NCBI RefSeq assembly: GCF_009914755.1
Contig: NC_060926.1
Source: the human T2T-CHM13v2.0 reference genome, Homo sapiens
DNA: 64,000 nt
Reading direction: 5' to 3' (one strand)
Both the position numbers and the translations under genes were made by a program. The notes beneath the pieces are model-generated. The model was not told the origin of the DNA, did not search any database, and was given only the letters and a program-made list of their open reading frames with translations. The stretch's first letter is position 1; each line of letters begins with the position of its first letter. Below are positions 1 through 16,800 of the stretch, piece after piece.

Positions 1-98
1 AAGAACACCTTTCGTCATCTTCATCCACTTGTCCACCCACCTGTCCCCTCACCTGTCCCTTGCCCATCAACTCCAGTCCTGTGCCCTTCTCTCTGCAG

Positions 99-186
99 CT
101 GAAGCCCATTATCTCTGACCCTGAGTACCTGCTAGACCAGCACATCCTCATCAGCATCAAGTCCTCTGACAGCGACGAATCCTATG
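99..186 (+). CDS. INPP5D: INPP5D/SHIP1 internal coding exon (C2-domain region), LKPIISDPEYLLDQHILISIKSSDSDESY(G)
   Basis: Pyrimidine tract plus CAG acceptor (AG 97-98), donor G|GTAAGG (187). 88 nt, ends in phase 1 and joins the next exon in frame. Peptide recognised as SHIP1. Confidence 0.96.
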
Positions 187-399
187 GTAAGGGTCTGTGG
201 GCAGGTGCCACACCTGCCTGTGAACTGGCGGCCTCTGACGTAGCATTGCCTTCAGGGGAGCTCACCTGGCACTTCCGGTCATAGGCTCCTGCCTCTCCTT
301 TCCTCATCCCAGGGCTGCTAGTGGGACCGTCACCACTAAGTCATCCTTCCCTCCCCACTAGGCTTCTGGGCAGGACAGCCAGCAGTGGCAACCCCTTCC

Positions 400-580
400 A
401 TGTACTGAGCCTTCCCTATGTGTGAGATCTGTGCCAGGCACTTTCCAGTATCATGTGATATAACCTTGACAAGACCTTACTGTTCTCCAATGAGTAAACA
501 GAGGCTCAGAAAGATCAAGTGACTTGCCCGAGTCATATAGGTAGTGGTGGCTGGGCCCTAGTTTGAACCCAGGCCTGCCT
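400..580 (-). mobile_element. MIR SINE (degenerate)
   Basis: Contains the MIR core-like ATGAGTAAACAGAGGCTCAGAAAGATCAAGTGACTTGCCC...TTTGAACCCAGG. Boundaries approximate. Confidence 0.7.
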
Positions 581-1297
581 GCCCTTCTCTGCTTCTCAAG
601 TGTCCTGAGTCAGCCTTCTCAGCTCACAGGTCTGGAGCTGCGGACTCCCCTCTGCTGACCCAGTCTCTAAAACACCTGCTCAGGCACAAAGGGGCTGCTC
701 CTTCTGCCCCCAAGGAGCCACCCTCTGCCCGAAGACCCCCTCTCCCCAGCCAGAGCAATTTGGGCTGAGGTGTCGTTCAGGGTCCCCTGAGTGGGACTTG
801 GGGTGCTGGAAACACCAGCTCAGGGCTCTCTGGTCTTCTGCTCAGCATCGCCTGGTGCCCAGACCAGGCAGGCTGTGGAGGCCCACAGCCAGAGAGACAG
901 CAGGGGCTTTTGTACCATCTCTGCCTGTTTGTGGCTCCAGCCCAAAGTCAGGCTCACCCTTGCTAGACCACATGTGTGGCTAGACCATGGGGTGAGAGAG
1001 GCAGAGAGAGCCTGGAGGGGACAGAGAGAGGCAGGAAGCAGGAGCCAGGCCAAGCCTCTCCTTACAAGCCAAGCTAAGAGCAAATACCTTATCCCGAGGG
1101 CAGTAGGGAGCCATTGAAGATTCAAGCAAGGAAGTAACAGGATCAGATTCACATCTTGGAAATCCGCATCTGCAGTGATCAAGACGACAGATGAGTGAGC
1201 CAGAATAGAAGTAGTGACAGTAAAAAAGGAGAGAAGCGGATGACATTGAGAGGAATGGAGTAGAAAACTGTCTGGGCCTGGGATTGGGGAAAGGGTC

Positions 1298-1686
1298 TGT
1301 ATTAGTCTGTTCTCATGTTGCTGTAAGGACATACTTAAGACGGGTAATTTATAAAGGAAAGAGGTGTAATTGACTCACAGTTCTGCAGGGCTGGGGAGGC
1401 CTCAGGAAACTTACAATCATGGCAGAAGAGGAAGCAAACACATCCTTTTCACATGATGGCAGGAAGGAGAAGTGGGTGCCCATTGATAGGGGAAGCTCCT
1501 TATAAAACCATCAGATCTCTTGAGAACTCACTCACCATCACCATCACTATCACTATTGAGAAAAGGATGGGGGAAACCACCCCCATGATTCAATTATCTC
1601 CACCTGGTCCCTCCAATGACACATGGGGATTGTGGGAACGACAATTCAAGAAGAGATTTGGGTGGGGACACAGCCAAACCATATCA
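1298..1686 (-). mobile_element. THE1-family MaLR solo LTR
   Basis: TGTATTAGTC...GCCAAACCATATCA is the reverse of a THE1 LTR. Perfect 5-bp TSD GGGTC at 1293-1297 and 1687-1691. Confidence 0.92.
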
Positions 1687-3169
1687 GGGTCTGAGCGGCT
1701 GCATGAATGATGCTTCTACTTCTTGCACTGGGTTAGATGCAGTGCCGCGGGTAAGGGAGACCAAGGCACAGCCACAGCGTATGAGGAAGACCAGAATGCT
1801 GTTGTGCTGGGGACACCATCAGAAGAGTTGGGTCAAGGAGAGGGTGTGGTTACAATAGCAAATGTGGCCAAGGGACCCAACACAAAGACCAAGCGTCTCT
1901 TAGATGGAGATACTCAGACCATCAGCAGACTTGGTGAGCGCAGTGTCCGTGGAAGAGCTGGGGTGACATCAGACCTCAGCACTTAGGAGTGAACAAAGCA
2001 TGAGGAGGGAGGCAGAGGAGAATGCGCCTGGGTCAAGGGAGCACATTTATCCACGTGCTTATTTATTTGAAATGGAAAACCTTTGAATACTGCTCGGTGG
2101 AAGTCACTAAAGAGGAAGAGGCTGCAGACACAAATGAAAGCCCCACGCATAGTCTCCCATTGTGCAGGCTCTGCCAACACCTGGGTGTGGGCACTGTCGC
2201 TCCCCTCCTTGGGGAGGTGAGGAAAGGAGGCTGGGAGACCTGAAGGTCATGCAGCTACTGAGCAGCTTGTTGGAGGTAACTACGTGATCTTGGGCCTGAG
2301 CCCAGGCAGCTCTTCCCCGTTCCCAGTGCAGCACTGGCAAGAGGGTCCCCAAGCTGCAGGAGGGGTGGGAAGAGCTTGAGGAGTGTGATGGCCCTAATAG
2401 GGATCCCCTCGTCACGGATGCAAGAGCATCTGAATGGCTGCTGAAATGTTTGAAGCTTTGTTAGCAGGAAACAGGCAGTACGCAAAACACACGCTTCATT
2501 TTCTCATTCAAATCCTGTATTTCTGCGACACGGCAAGACCATGTCTTTAAAAATAATATACTGTAATCCTCCTTTGTTTCTTCCGCTTCATATTCATACT
2601 CACAAGCAGCATATCATCAAAATAAAAAGGAAAAACATCAACAGTCTCATTCCAGTAATCATTTTTATTTTGGTTTCACATTTCCAGCCTCATACATAGG
2701 CATACCTAGATTTTCATACTTACATCACAGAAACATCATTTTATACTCTGCTTCCCTCACCTGGTATTAGAAGAAACACATTTTCCATGATTCTCCTGCC
2801 CCATCTTTGTGACTGTTCCTTTTGATGGCTGCATTATATTCCATGGACTTACTGCATCCTCATTTTAAAAGTATTCCTCACTTTAAAAGTACTATTATTG
2901 AGGCTCTGTCAGTTGTTTTTGTTGGTGCTATCAGTAACACTGAGATGAATCTCTTTGTGGACATTTTTTATTATTCTTCAGCTACATTTTTTATTCCTTT
3001 GAGTAATCTCATTAGGACAGGTTCCCATGTTTGCCGGATCAGAGGGTGTCAATCAGTGTTTGTGCTTCTTGGCGCTTGACACCAAACTGATTGCCATAAA
3101 GGCTGTCTCAGCTGACCTCACCACGGATAGGCTTCCCCAGATCCTTGCTGGCATTGGGTGGTTTTGTTT

Positions 3170-3487
<318 letters not shown>

Positions 3488-4061
3488 TGAAAGAGCAACT
3501 TAATGATTCCTTAGTTTGCATTTTTGATGGCTAGGAAAGTGGAACTATTTTCCATTTATTAAAATTAACCAGCTGCAATTCTTTTTGTGTGAAACGTCTG
3601 TCTGTATTATCTGTTCATGCATCTGCTGGAGAGGGTACCCTCTTGCCTGGGGAGCTAGCTGCAGATACTGTTCTCAATCCGTTTCCTTTTTATTTTAGGT
3701 TTTTTCTCTGTGCAAGTTTTAAACTTGCATGTCCTCTTGCCCGCCAATTTTGTTCTGTCATGTCTTATGCTGCATCAAATCTTGGGAAGTTTTCATTCCC
3801 TACAGCGATCAGATGAGTGTTTAATTCTGTCTTTCTGCTGCATTTTCTACAATTTAATTTTTTTTACATCAACTAATCCACGTTTTGTTCTAAGACTTGA
3901 GACATTTGCCCCCAAAGTACTGTGGTGTTGTTCTGACGGATTTATTAAATAACCCTTGCCTGGGCTATAGTTTCAAAGGACCAACTCTCCGGCCAAGAGT
4001 TTGGTGTTTCTGCCATGAAAAGGCAGGGTCTTCACCCAGCTGTCTCCCACTTTCCCTGCAG

Positions 4062-4211
4062 GCGAGGGCTGCATTGCCCTTCGGTTAGAGGCCACAGAAA
4101 CGCAGCTGCCCATCTACACGCCTCTCACCCACCATGGGGAGTTGACAGGCCACTTCCAGGGGGAGATCAAGCTGCAGACCTCTCAGGGCAAGACGAGGGA
4201 GAAGCTCTATG
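4062..4211 (+). CDS. INPP5D: INPP5D coding exon, (G)EGCIALRLEATETQLPIYTPLTHHGELTGHFQGEIKLQTSQGKTREKLY(D)
   Basis: Acceptor TTTCCCTGCAG (AG 4060-4061), donor G|GTAAGC. 150 nt, phase 1-1, open in the SHIP1 frame. Confidence 0.96.
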
Positions 4212-4690
4212 GTAAGCAGCAAGCCCCTCCCCAGCGCCCTCTTCAGCCCCCCACTTAGGGACGGGAACGTGCTTTCTCTCAGCAAAGCTGTCGAATATGC
4301 TCTCTGCTGCGGCCTCAGAGCAGAAATCCAGCACTGGAAAATATCTCAGACAATCTGGCCCAACCCTCACTCAACTCAAAAATGTCCCAACAGAACCCAA
4401 CATCCAGCACCCCCAGATCACCCTCCCCGACCCTGTGGATTTTTTAGGGCCCCGAACCTCACCTGTCAGCCTTTAGGCCTTGTCATTCCCCCATTAGCAC
4501 CTCCACTAAAAGAAGGACCCAGTGTACCAAGCGAACCTACGTCTTGTTAAATGGCTCCTTCCAGGCTGTCCGGGGAAGGCCACAGCTACAGCTGCAGATG
4601 AGATTTAGAATTTCTTGGGCGACCTCTGCTTGCCCACACGGCCACATGGTGCCCACTCCCATATACAAACAGGCCCTCGTACGTACCTAA

Positions 4691-5465
<775 letters not shown>

Positions 5466-5641
5466 TAACTAATCAATCACTGAACTCTTAGGAGGCCTCA
5501 GAATCTTGCTTAACTCACCTCTCCAGGTACTCACTATTCACTGTGCAGCTTCAGCCTGCAAATGGAAACCCCTTTGCCATCCCTCGCCTAAGCTCTGGAA
5601 GCTGGGCCCTCACATGCTCTTTCCCGTCCCTTTCCTTCCAG

Positions 5642-5738
5642 ACTTTGTGAAGACGGAGCGTGATGAATCCAGTGGGCCAAAGACCCTGAAGAGCCTCACC
5701 AGCCACGACCCCATGAAGCAGTGGGAAGTCACTAGCAG
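5642..5738 (+). CDS. INPP5D: INPP5D coding exon, (D)[31 protein letters not shown](R)
   Basis: Acceptor TTTCCTTCCAG (AG 5640-5641), donor CAG|GTAAAG. 97 nt, phase 1-2. Confidence 0.96.
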
Positions 5739-5788
5739 GTAAAGTGGGCGTGGGGTGGGTGTTGGGGGGGGTGGATATCAGGGACTCA

Positions 5789-6385
<597 letters not shown>

Positions 6386-8337
6386 ACTAGCATGGCTCTG
6401 CAAACCCAGGGCCTGTGAGAAGGTGAACTGAAGCACAGAGAAACCCAGGACACAGGAGAAAGAAGCTCCAGCCCAGGAGAGGTGCTCTCCTGCCTCCTCT
6501 GCGAGTCTGTTGACCGCTGGAGAGGTTGATGTGACTGTGACAAAGCTGGGGAAATTCTAATGTGACGGAAAGTTCAGTTTGACTCAGCTAACATTTGTTG
6601 AGTCCCTGTGATGTGTCCAGTTCTAGAGAAATCAAGGCAAATTCAGTGCAGTCCCTGACTTAGGAACTTGCGGCCTAGTGCATGAAGAAGTGACTGCGGA
6701 GAGAATGGAGAGATTCCAAGTCTACAAATGGTGGCTGTGTCTCCTGTGGGACAGAGGACACCAGCAATCATGGGATCTGTGGCCACCAAACCCCACCCTA
6801 TCCACTAGCAAGAAAAATCACTGGGGGAAAATGCACACTGGTTGCTCTTGGCAGAGACTGAACTGAGAATAGTACAGATGTTAAAGTCTGTATTACCAGA
6901 ATACAGACGTCCTTGGTAGCAGGGCTGCCCTAACTCACCGATGTGGTCTCCGAGATCCAGAATCAAGTTCTGGTCTCTTTGCCGGCTCACCAGCCGGGGA
7001 GGCAGAACCATGCCAGCAGCAGACATAGCTTGTTCCTCTCCTCCCTCCCTTCCCCACAACTCATCCCCACCAACCCTTGCCCTCACCCCAGCCACCCCCG
7101 CTGTACACAGGAATTCTCATCTCTAGCACATTCCCTGATCCACTTCCAGCTTCCGATGTTCACAGCCGTGGGCACACAAGCATCCCCTTTCCCTCTTTCC
7201 CTCCCATGATAATCCCATCAGCAAATGCATCCTGGCTCTGAAGTGTCTACTGTGTTCCAGAATCAGGATCAGTGTAGGGAAACAAATTCTTTTCCATTTT
7301 GACTAGCATGAGAACGAGCATTTATTTCTGAAGCAGGCAGTGGTGGATGGGAACAAGGTACAGCTCGGAACCAGGCTGGCAGAGCACATGGGAGCTGTGG
7401 AGTGTCCCTGACAGCCTATACGCTCAGAACTCAGTTCTCAGGAGGCCGGTGCCTGACACAGTGGCAGCGTGCAGTGTGTCTGTTGGGGCCACCTTGCCTG
7501 GGTCTGGGCCATCCCCTCCATAGCTTTAAGCTGATTGCCCCCAATTCCAGGCTCCAACCTTGATCTCTGTGACCTCACACTCATTTTTCTAAATATGCAC
7601 ATGGCTGTCTCTATGCTGACGCTGCACACACAAATGTGTGAGCTGATGTGTTCCAGAGGAACCCCTGCTGGAGTCTGCCCTGAAAATCCCCTCCTTCCTG
7701 CCACCCAGGCTACCCCCCCACCATCTCTCTGCCCTGCCAGCCTTGCCAGCTTCTCATTCCATCCTCTGCACCTGCTCACCAGCCTTCGGACCGTCCAGGA
7801 ACAGGCCAAACCCCTCTCACCTGGAGGCCTTTGCATGTACTCTTGCCACTGCCGAGAACAGTCTCCCCTTCTTTCTCTCTTATCTGCTTATCTTCTTATC
7901 TCAGATGAAAGACCACCTCCTCAGATGGGGCCTCCTGGGGTCACCCAATGCCCAGTTGGTCCCAACACTTCACTAGTCCCCATCTCTGCCCCTTGTTATT
8001 CTCAGACTTCAGCACTACATCAATACCGTGTCTCTGTGTCACTGAGCTTGTTTTTCTCTCCCATCAAAAGTGAGTTCCATAAGAACAGAGACCATGGCTG
8101 CCTCACTCACAGCCATATTCCCTCCTCCCCGCCTGGGGCCAGGTGCTTACGAGGCCCTCAGTAATCACGGTGTTGCATGGATAGATGAATGAATGAATGG
8201 ATCACTGCCCAAGAGGTGAAGGAGTTGAGGAGAGCTCGAGAGAGCCCTAGGGTTATCAGAGGACACTTTCCTTGGGCTGGTGCTGACCCCGAGAAGGGAA
8301 GGGACCCCTGAGATGTGACTCCATGTCCTCCCTGCAG

Positions 8338-8619
8338 GGCCCCTCCGTGCAGTGGCTCCAGCATCACTGAAATCATCAACCCCAACTACATGGGAGTGGG
8401 GCCCTTTGGGCCACCAATGCCCCTGCACGTGAAGCAGACCTTGTCCCCTGACCAGCAGCCCACAGCCTGGAGCTACGACCAGCCGCCCAAGGACTCCCCG
8501 CTGGGGCCCTGCAGGGGAGAAAGTCCTCCGACACCTCCCGGCCAGCCGCCCATATCACCCAAGAAGTTTTTACCCTCAACAGCAAACCGGGGTCTCCCTC
8601 CCAGGACACAGGAGTCAAG
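8338..8619 (+). CDS. INPP5D: INPP5D coding exon with first NPxY motif (INPNY) and proline-rich region
   Basis: Acceptor CTCCCTGCAG (AG 8336-8337), donor AAG|GTGAGC. 282 nt, phase 2-2. NPNY at 8378-8389. Confidence 0.96.
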
Positions 8620-8886
8620 GTGAGCATCCTCTTCATTAAGACGGCTCCCTCCCTCCTTATGAAAGCACCCTGGGCTTTGGGCTTTCACCCTAGAATGGAA
8701 GCCTCATAAGGGCCACAATTTGTGTCCACTTGGCTCATGACTTATCCCTGGGGCCTGAACACAGCAGGCCCCTGACATGTATGTGGAGTCTTCCATGTCC
8801 TAACCTGTTAGTGCAACTCGATTGCTTTTTAAAGGGTAAAAATTTGTAAAGATATTGCCAAGAAAAGGAACCTCCTATAAAAACTA

Positions 8887-9944
<1,058 letters not shown>

Positions 9945-10769
9945 CTAGAGCTAGTTAACCTTTGGGCATCTCCCGCTCCCTAGAGGGCCCTGTGGAACAG
10001 GGTGGGAGTTTCCATGTAGAGCCTGCTCGCACCCTCCAGTTCCCCTCTTTTTTCTCGACCATGAGGTTCCCCATTCTATAAGCAGCTTCCTAGTCTCTCC
10101 TGTAGGGGACACTTAGTTAGAAACTGGAACTAGGGATGTAAAAGGCAGGGCAGCCAGCCTGCAGAGAGAGGAGGCCCGGCCCTGAAACTCTGGGGAAGCC
10201 CCGGACGGTGGAGAAAACTGATCTGAGTCTAGAACTGGTTCAGGCAGAAGAATGGAAGCCAGATAGGAGACCGGGCTACGCAGCCGAGGAACAGGGTCAG
10301 CACTTCCCAAAGGCACAGACGCTCTCTGGTGCTGCTGGAACAGAGCAGAGCCAACCATGGGTACCTCGTGGATACACAAGTGGGGAGCTCTACATGTTTC
10401 TAGTAGCCACAGGATGACAGACAGACGTGAAAGTGCAGGCCCAATTACCAACGATTTAAGATGGGCAAGATAGCTTGAGCACTGTCTTCCCTTGAGGCTC
10501 TTTGCTGGCTTATCATAACCTCAGGGGTTCACTCTCAGCCTCTCTTCCTCTAACACTGGTTTTTTCTTCATCCTTTTTCCATGAGGACTTGCGTGCTGTC
10601 CGCCACATGGGGCAGAGCCAGCAGCGGTGTGTTCTCCATCACACTGTCCTCCAGCTCCCTCCAGTTCCACCCTTCCCAGGCCTGACCTGGCAGGGTCTTC
10701 CTCTGGATGGAGAAGCTGTTGACAGTCTCATTTCTCAAAATATGCGAGATATGCTCTAAGAAACGGATA

Positions 10770-11057
10770 GGCCAGGCGCGGTGGCTCACGCCTGTAATCC
10801 CAGCACTTTGGGAAGCCAAGGTGGGCAGATCACTTGAGGTCAGGAGTTTGAGACCAGCCTGACCAACACGGTGAAACCCCATCTCTACTAAAAATACAAA
10901 AATCAGCCAGGCGTAGTGGCCCACACCTGTAATCCCAGCTACTCAGGAGTCTCTGAGACACGAGAATCGCTTGAACCCGGGAGGCGGAGGTTGCAGTGAG
11001 CTGAGGTCATGCCACTGCACTTTAGCCTGGGTGACAGAGCAAGACTCCATCTCAAAA

Positions 11058-11100
<43 letters not shown>

Positions 11101-11103
11101 ATA
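10770..11103 (+). mobile_element. Alu with (TAAA)n tail
   Basis: Alu consensus. The tail at 11057-11103 is a TAAA microsatellite. Confidence 0.92.
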
Positions 11104-13665
11104 GATGAGAGGAAGTCAGGAAGAGAGAGAGAAAAGGACAGGACAGGATAGCCCTGAAGCTCAGCTCAGCTGTCTCTCTCTCTGCCTCTGTACAGAGTTT
11201 GTTGATAGGGTGTCAGACCCTGGTCATTCCCTAAGAAACTTGGAGGGAGGAGAAACAGCCTCAGTTTCCTGCCCTGGAAATATGAGGACAAAAGGCACTA
11301 TTCAGTGGGTATCAAGGTGCCTGTGTGGCCACCTCTTTGGAGACCCCAGGAAATGGAGCTCTAAGCAACCAGAAAGAAAAAGGAGCATGATTATTTGTGT
11401 AAGTGAATGCTTTTCAGCTCCCAAAGCGAATGGATCTTGGTGCATAACAACGAGCACACAGCTTGGTGGGAGCATGCTCCCCACAGCCCCATGGTGACAG
11501 CTGCAGACAGGCTGCCATCCACGGGCAAGGGGCCCCCAGGGTACGCTTCTAACTCACTGCTCACCAAGGAGGCGCTTGGAGCCTGGAGCCCTGCAGCTCG
11601 CACACCTGCCTCATCCCTTTCCGCTGCTCCAGGTCCCAGGCTCAGCCAGAGCAAAGGCTGTGGAAGGGGGTGTTCCAAGCACCATCAGTGTTTCCCCACC
11701 ATCACCCAGACCCAAGTGCAGGGACTGACCTTCCCGGTTTGCCAAGTACTGTCCCAGTTTTAGCACTGAAAGTCCCACATCTCAGGAAACCCTTCAGTCC
11801 TGCGTAAGCAAGGACAACTGGTGACCCCAGATCGAAGCTGTGCAATTAGGAAGGGGACTCTTCTCAGCCCCTGGCCAGTGCTTAGCTGCTTTGGAGATGA
11901 GACTCGTCTCCTGAATCTGAGAAGTACAGTCATTTGCTGCAGGAATCAACTCGTCCCCTAGATATCGGTTCCCTTATTCAACAACTGTGGCCTGCTATAG
12001 GAGTCAATTTCTTGTTACCTTTGGTCAGGGGAATAAGACTTACTTTTGAGTTTTTCATGGTTTTCCCCAGTCTTCCCCGCCCGCCCCACCAAGCTTCCCC
12101 TCTCTAAGTGCAACAGAAGCCTCCTCTTAGAGGGAAGGCTTCCCTGGTCTCTATCTCACTGCTCTTTTCCCAGAGGAGTGAGCTTTAGAATCACAAAAGG
12201 GCTTGCACCCAGGGCTCTTCCTGGTCCTGCCCCCAGTTCTCTGAAGTCAGCCCCCTCCTCCCATCTCAGCCCCTGAGAGAGGGTGGTCAGAGGTCAGGAC
12301 TTCTTGCTCCTTCATCTGAAAACTTGTGACCATGCCAGTTGCACCCTCCTGTGCCCTCTTCCCTTGGCTAACTCACAGCAACGGCCTTTGAGGGTCCACA
12401 TGGGGGTCAGAAGAGGGCTGAACATGGAGGGGGCCCTTTCCAAAGTCCTTGTTTGAGGCCCCAGCATTTCTATGTATGCACCTGCTCTAAGGTGTTTCCA
12501 AAAATTAATGGGCAACACCCCCAGGTGCACAGTCAGGCTCCCTTTGGTGTGTCCCGGAGGCCAGCCTCCCTGGAGCTCCATGGCTTCTCACCGGCACCTG
12601 TGTGAGGACGACATCCCGCCTTTGTCCCCTGAGCCCACACCTGCTCCCCAGAGTCACTGTTGAGTGCCTGTGAGCAGCTTCTCAGTGCACATCCCATCAG
12701 TAACAGGCGCAACAGCCTCAACAGCTCAGTGGGTTCCCAGCGATCCACAATTTCTTCACGATAGCTTCCTTTTCTGTAGAAAGCAGAACCCAGAACACTC
12801 CCCTGGGAGATTCTGCTGCTAGTCAGGAAGTAAAATGTGTTCCCATTTCTCGTTCTCATAGTTTGCTCAGCAGGAAATCACCTCCAGTCAGAGCAGTGAT
12901 AAATCAGAACACAAACAAGCAAAGGCAGCACTTGCCTACTTTGGGTCACAACACAGGAGCTTCCCCTGCCCATGAGTTGAGTGGGCCTTTCTTCTAGCTG
13001 CTGGCCTTGGCTTCCCCAGTACTCGCAAGTGTCCAAGTTCCCTCTGACTTGCACCACAGCCACCACGTGTTCCTTCCACTGTGAGTTAGGAGAGGCTTCC
13101 AGGGAGAGGACTTCATGTGGCTGGGAAGGACACTGTGTTAACCGGGATGTCGGGCCCCCTGAGCTCAGATTCTGTCCTTGTTTGTGGCTGTGTTGCTGTG
13201 CCTGGGAAAGTGTCTCACACATGAGTTTGGTAGATGGAGCCTCTTGAGCTTTCACCCTCAAGTAGCACAAGTGGTTCCTGAGGAGGAGGTGTGATCGCCT
13301 TCCTGAGCGGTCATGCAAATGCTGGGTCGGAGCAGAATTGCTGGAGTCAGAGGAGAGGCTGCGGGGTGGGGATGGGAGGAACCGGGAAAGGAGGCCTGTT
13401 GACTGGGGAGGTGGGAAGGGGCTGTGGAGAGCAGGCTCATCTGATGAGGATGAGGGGTTGATACTGAGGTGCCATGTAAGTTCTCACTTCATTTCTCCCA
13501 CAAATCCTCCAGTGCCATGCCCCTTGCTCACAGATGCTCTGATGTGAACAGGTTTTATAGTGGAAAAGGTCCCAGGCCAGAACTGAGGCTGTCTTTGAGG
13601 ACAACGTATGATGAACACAGTACTGTTTCCTCTTCCTTTTTTTCACTTGAGGTGAAATTCACTTA

Positions 13666-14090
<425 letters not shown>

Positions 14091-14218
14091 TTACACGTCT
14101 CTATCTAGTTCAGAAACATTTGTATCACCCCAAAGAAAGACCCAGAGCCATTAAGCAGCCATGCTCCCATGTCTTCTCCCCTGGACATGTGTCTTCCCTG
14201 CTCTGTCCCTGGCTCTAG

Positions 14219-14810
14219 GCCCAGTGACCTGGGGAAGAACGCAGGGGACACGCTGCCTCAGGAGGACCTGCCGCTGACGAAGCCCGAGATGTTTGAGAAC
14301 CCCCTGTATGGGTCCCTGAGTTCCTTCCCTAAGCCTGCTCCCAGGAAGGACCAGGAATCCCCCAAAATGCCGCGGAAGGAACCCCCGCCCTGCCCGGAAC
14401 CCGGCATCTTGTCGCCCAGCATCGTGCTCACCAAAGCCCAGGAGGCTGATCGCGGCGAGGGGCCCGGCAAGCAGGTGCCCGCGCCCCGGCTGCGCTCCTT
14501 CACGTGCTCATCCTCTGCCGAGGGCAGGGCGGCCGGCGGGGACAAGAGCCAAGGGAAGCCCAAGACCCCGGTCAGCTCCCAGGCCCCGGTGCCGGCCAAG
14601 AGGCCCATCAAGCCTTCCAGATCGGAAATCAACCAGCAGACCCCGCCCACCCCGACGCCGCGGCCGCCGCTGCCAGTCAAGAGCCCGGCGGTGCTGCACC
14701 TCCAGCACTCCAAGGGCCGCGACTACCGCGACAACACCGAGCTCCCGCATCACGGCAAGCACCGGCCGGAGGAGGGGCCACCAGGGCCTCTAGGCAGGAC
14801 TGCCATGCAG
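14219..14810 (+). CDS. INPP5D: INPP5D penultimate exon: proline-rich tail with second NPxY (FENPLY), ending ...GRTAMQ
   Basis: Acceptor CTCTAG (AG 14217-14218), donor CAG|GTGCGC. 592 nt, phase 2-0. NPLY at 14298-14309. CpG-rich. Confidence 0.96.
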
Positions 14811-14843
14811 GTGCGCTGCGCCACACGTGGGTTCGTGTGCATT

Positions 14844-14963
14844 TGTGTGTGTGTGTGCATGCGTGAGTGCGTATGTGTGTACCTATGCATATGTGTGTGC
14901 ATGTGTGTGTGCACGCATGCATATGTGCGTGCATGTGTGAACGCATGCATGTGCACACATGCG
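14844..14963. repeat. Imperfect (TG/CA/TA)n alternating purine-pyrimidine tract
   Basis: GTGTGCAT...GCACGCATGCATATGTGCGTGCATGTG visible directly. Confidence 0.9.
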
Positions 14964-15163
14964 AGTGATGGTCCTGGGAACTGCTCCATGAGAAGGGAGA
15001 GTCAGGATTTGAACCCAGGTCTGCCTGTCCCACACATCCCTGACCCTGCATTGCCTCTGCAGCAGTTGTTAAAAGGAAGAAAGGCGGGGCTGTGGATAAA
15101 CTTAGTCTAGTGTCAGTCCCAGAGGAAGAAGATTCCATAAAGAAAAGGAGCCTAAATCATTTA

Positions 15164-16626
<1,463 letters not shown>

Positions 16627-16797
16627 AATTTTTTTAAATAAGCAGGTAAAGTACTTAGAGCAGTGAGTGCTGGCTCTTCTCAGCTACACGTTAAAGGAAG
16701 CCTGGCCTAGCCCACAGCATGCAGGGACCTGGGCCACTTAGTTCAACATGGCCTGGTGAGAATGAGCCCTGACAGCCCTTCTGTTCTTGTCCCACAG

Positions 16798-16800
16798 TGA
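16798..16800 (+). CDS. INPP5D: INPP5D stop codon, the only coding content of the terminal exon
   Basis: Acceptor CTTCTGTTCTTGTCCCACAG is followed at once by TGA. Phase-0 join gives ...ATG CAG TGA, matching the SHIP1 C-terminus TAMQ. Confidence 0.93.
   Translation, partial: 

Noticed and set aside
7535-8164. 209-aa + strand ORF in an INPP5D intron
   Set aside because: Non-ATG start, no recognisable domain, overlaps pyrimidine-rich L2-like sequence, and the flanking exons already join in frame.
14169-15110. 313-aa ORF as a standalone gene
   Set aside because: It is the INPP5D penultimate exon plus intronic flanks. Only the retention scenario is kept as a finding.
14258-15138. Antisense ORFs over the GC-rich INPP5D exon
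   Set aside because: Expected from stop-poor GC-rich coding DNA and a CA repeat.
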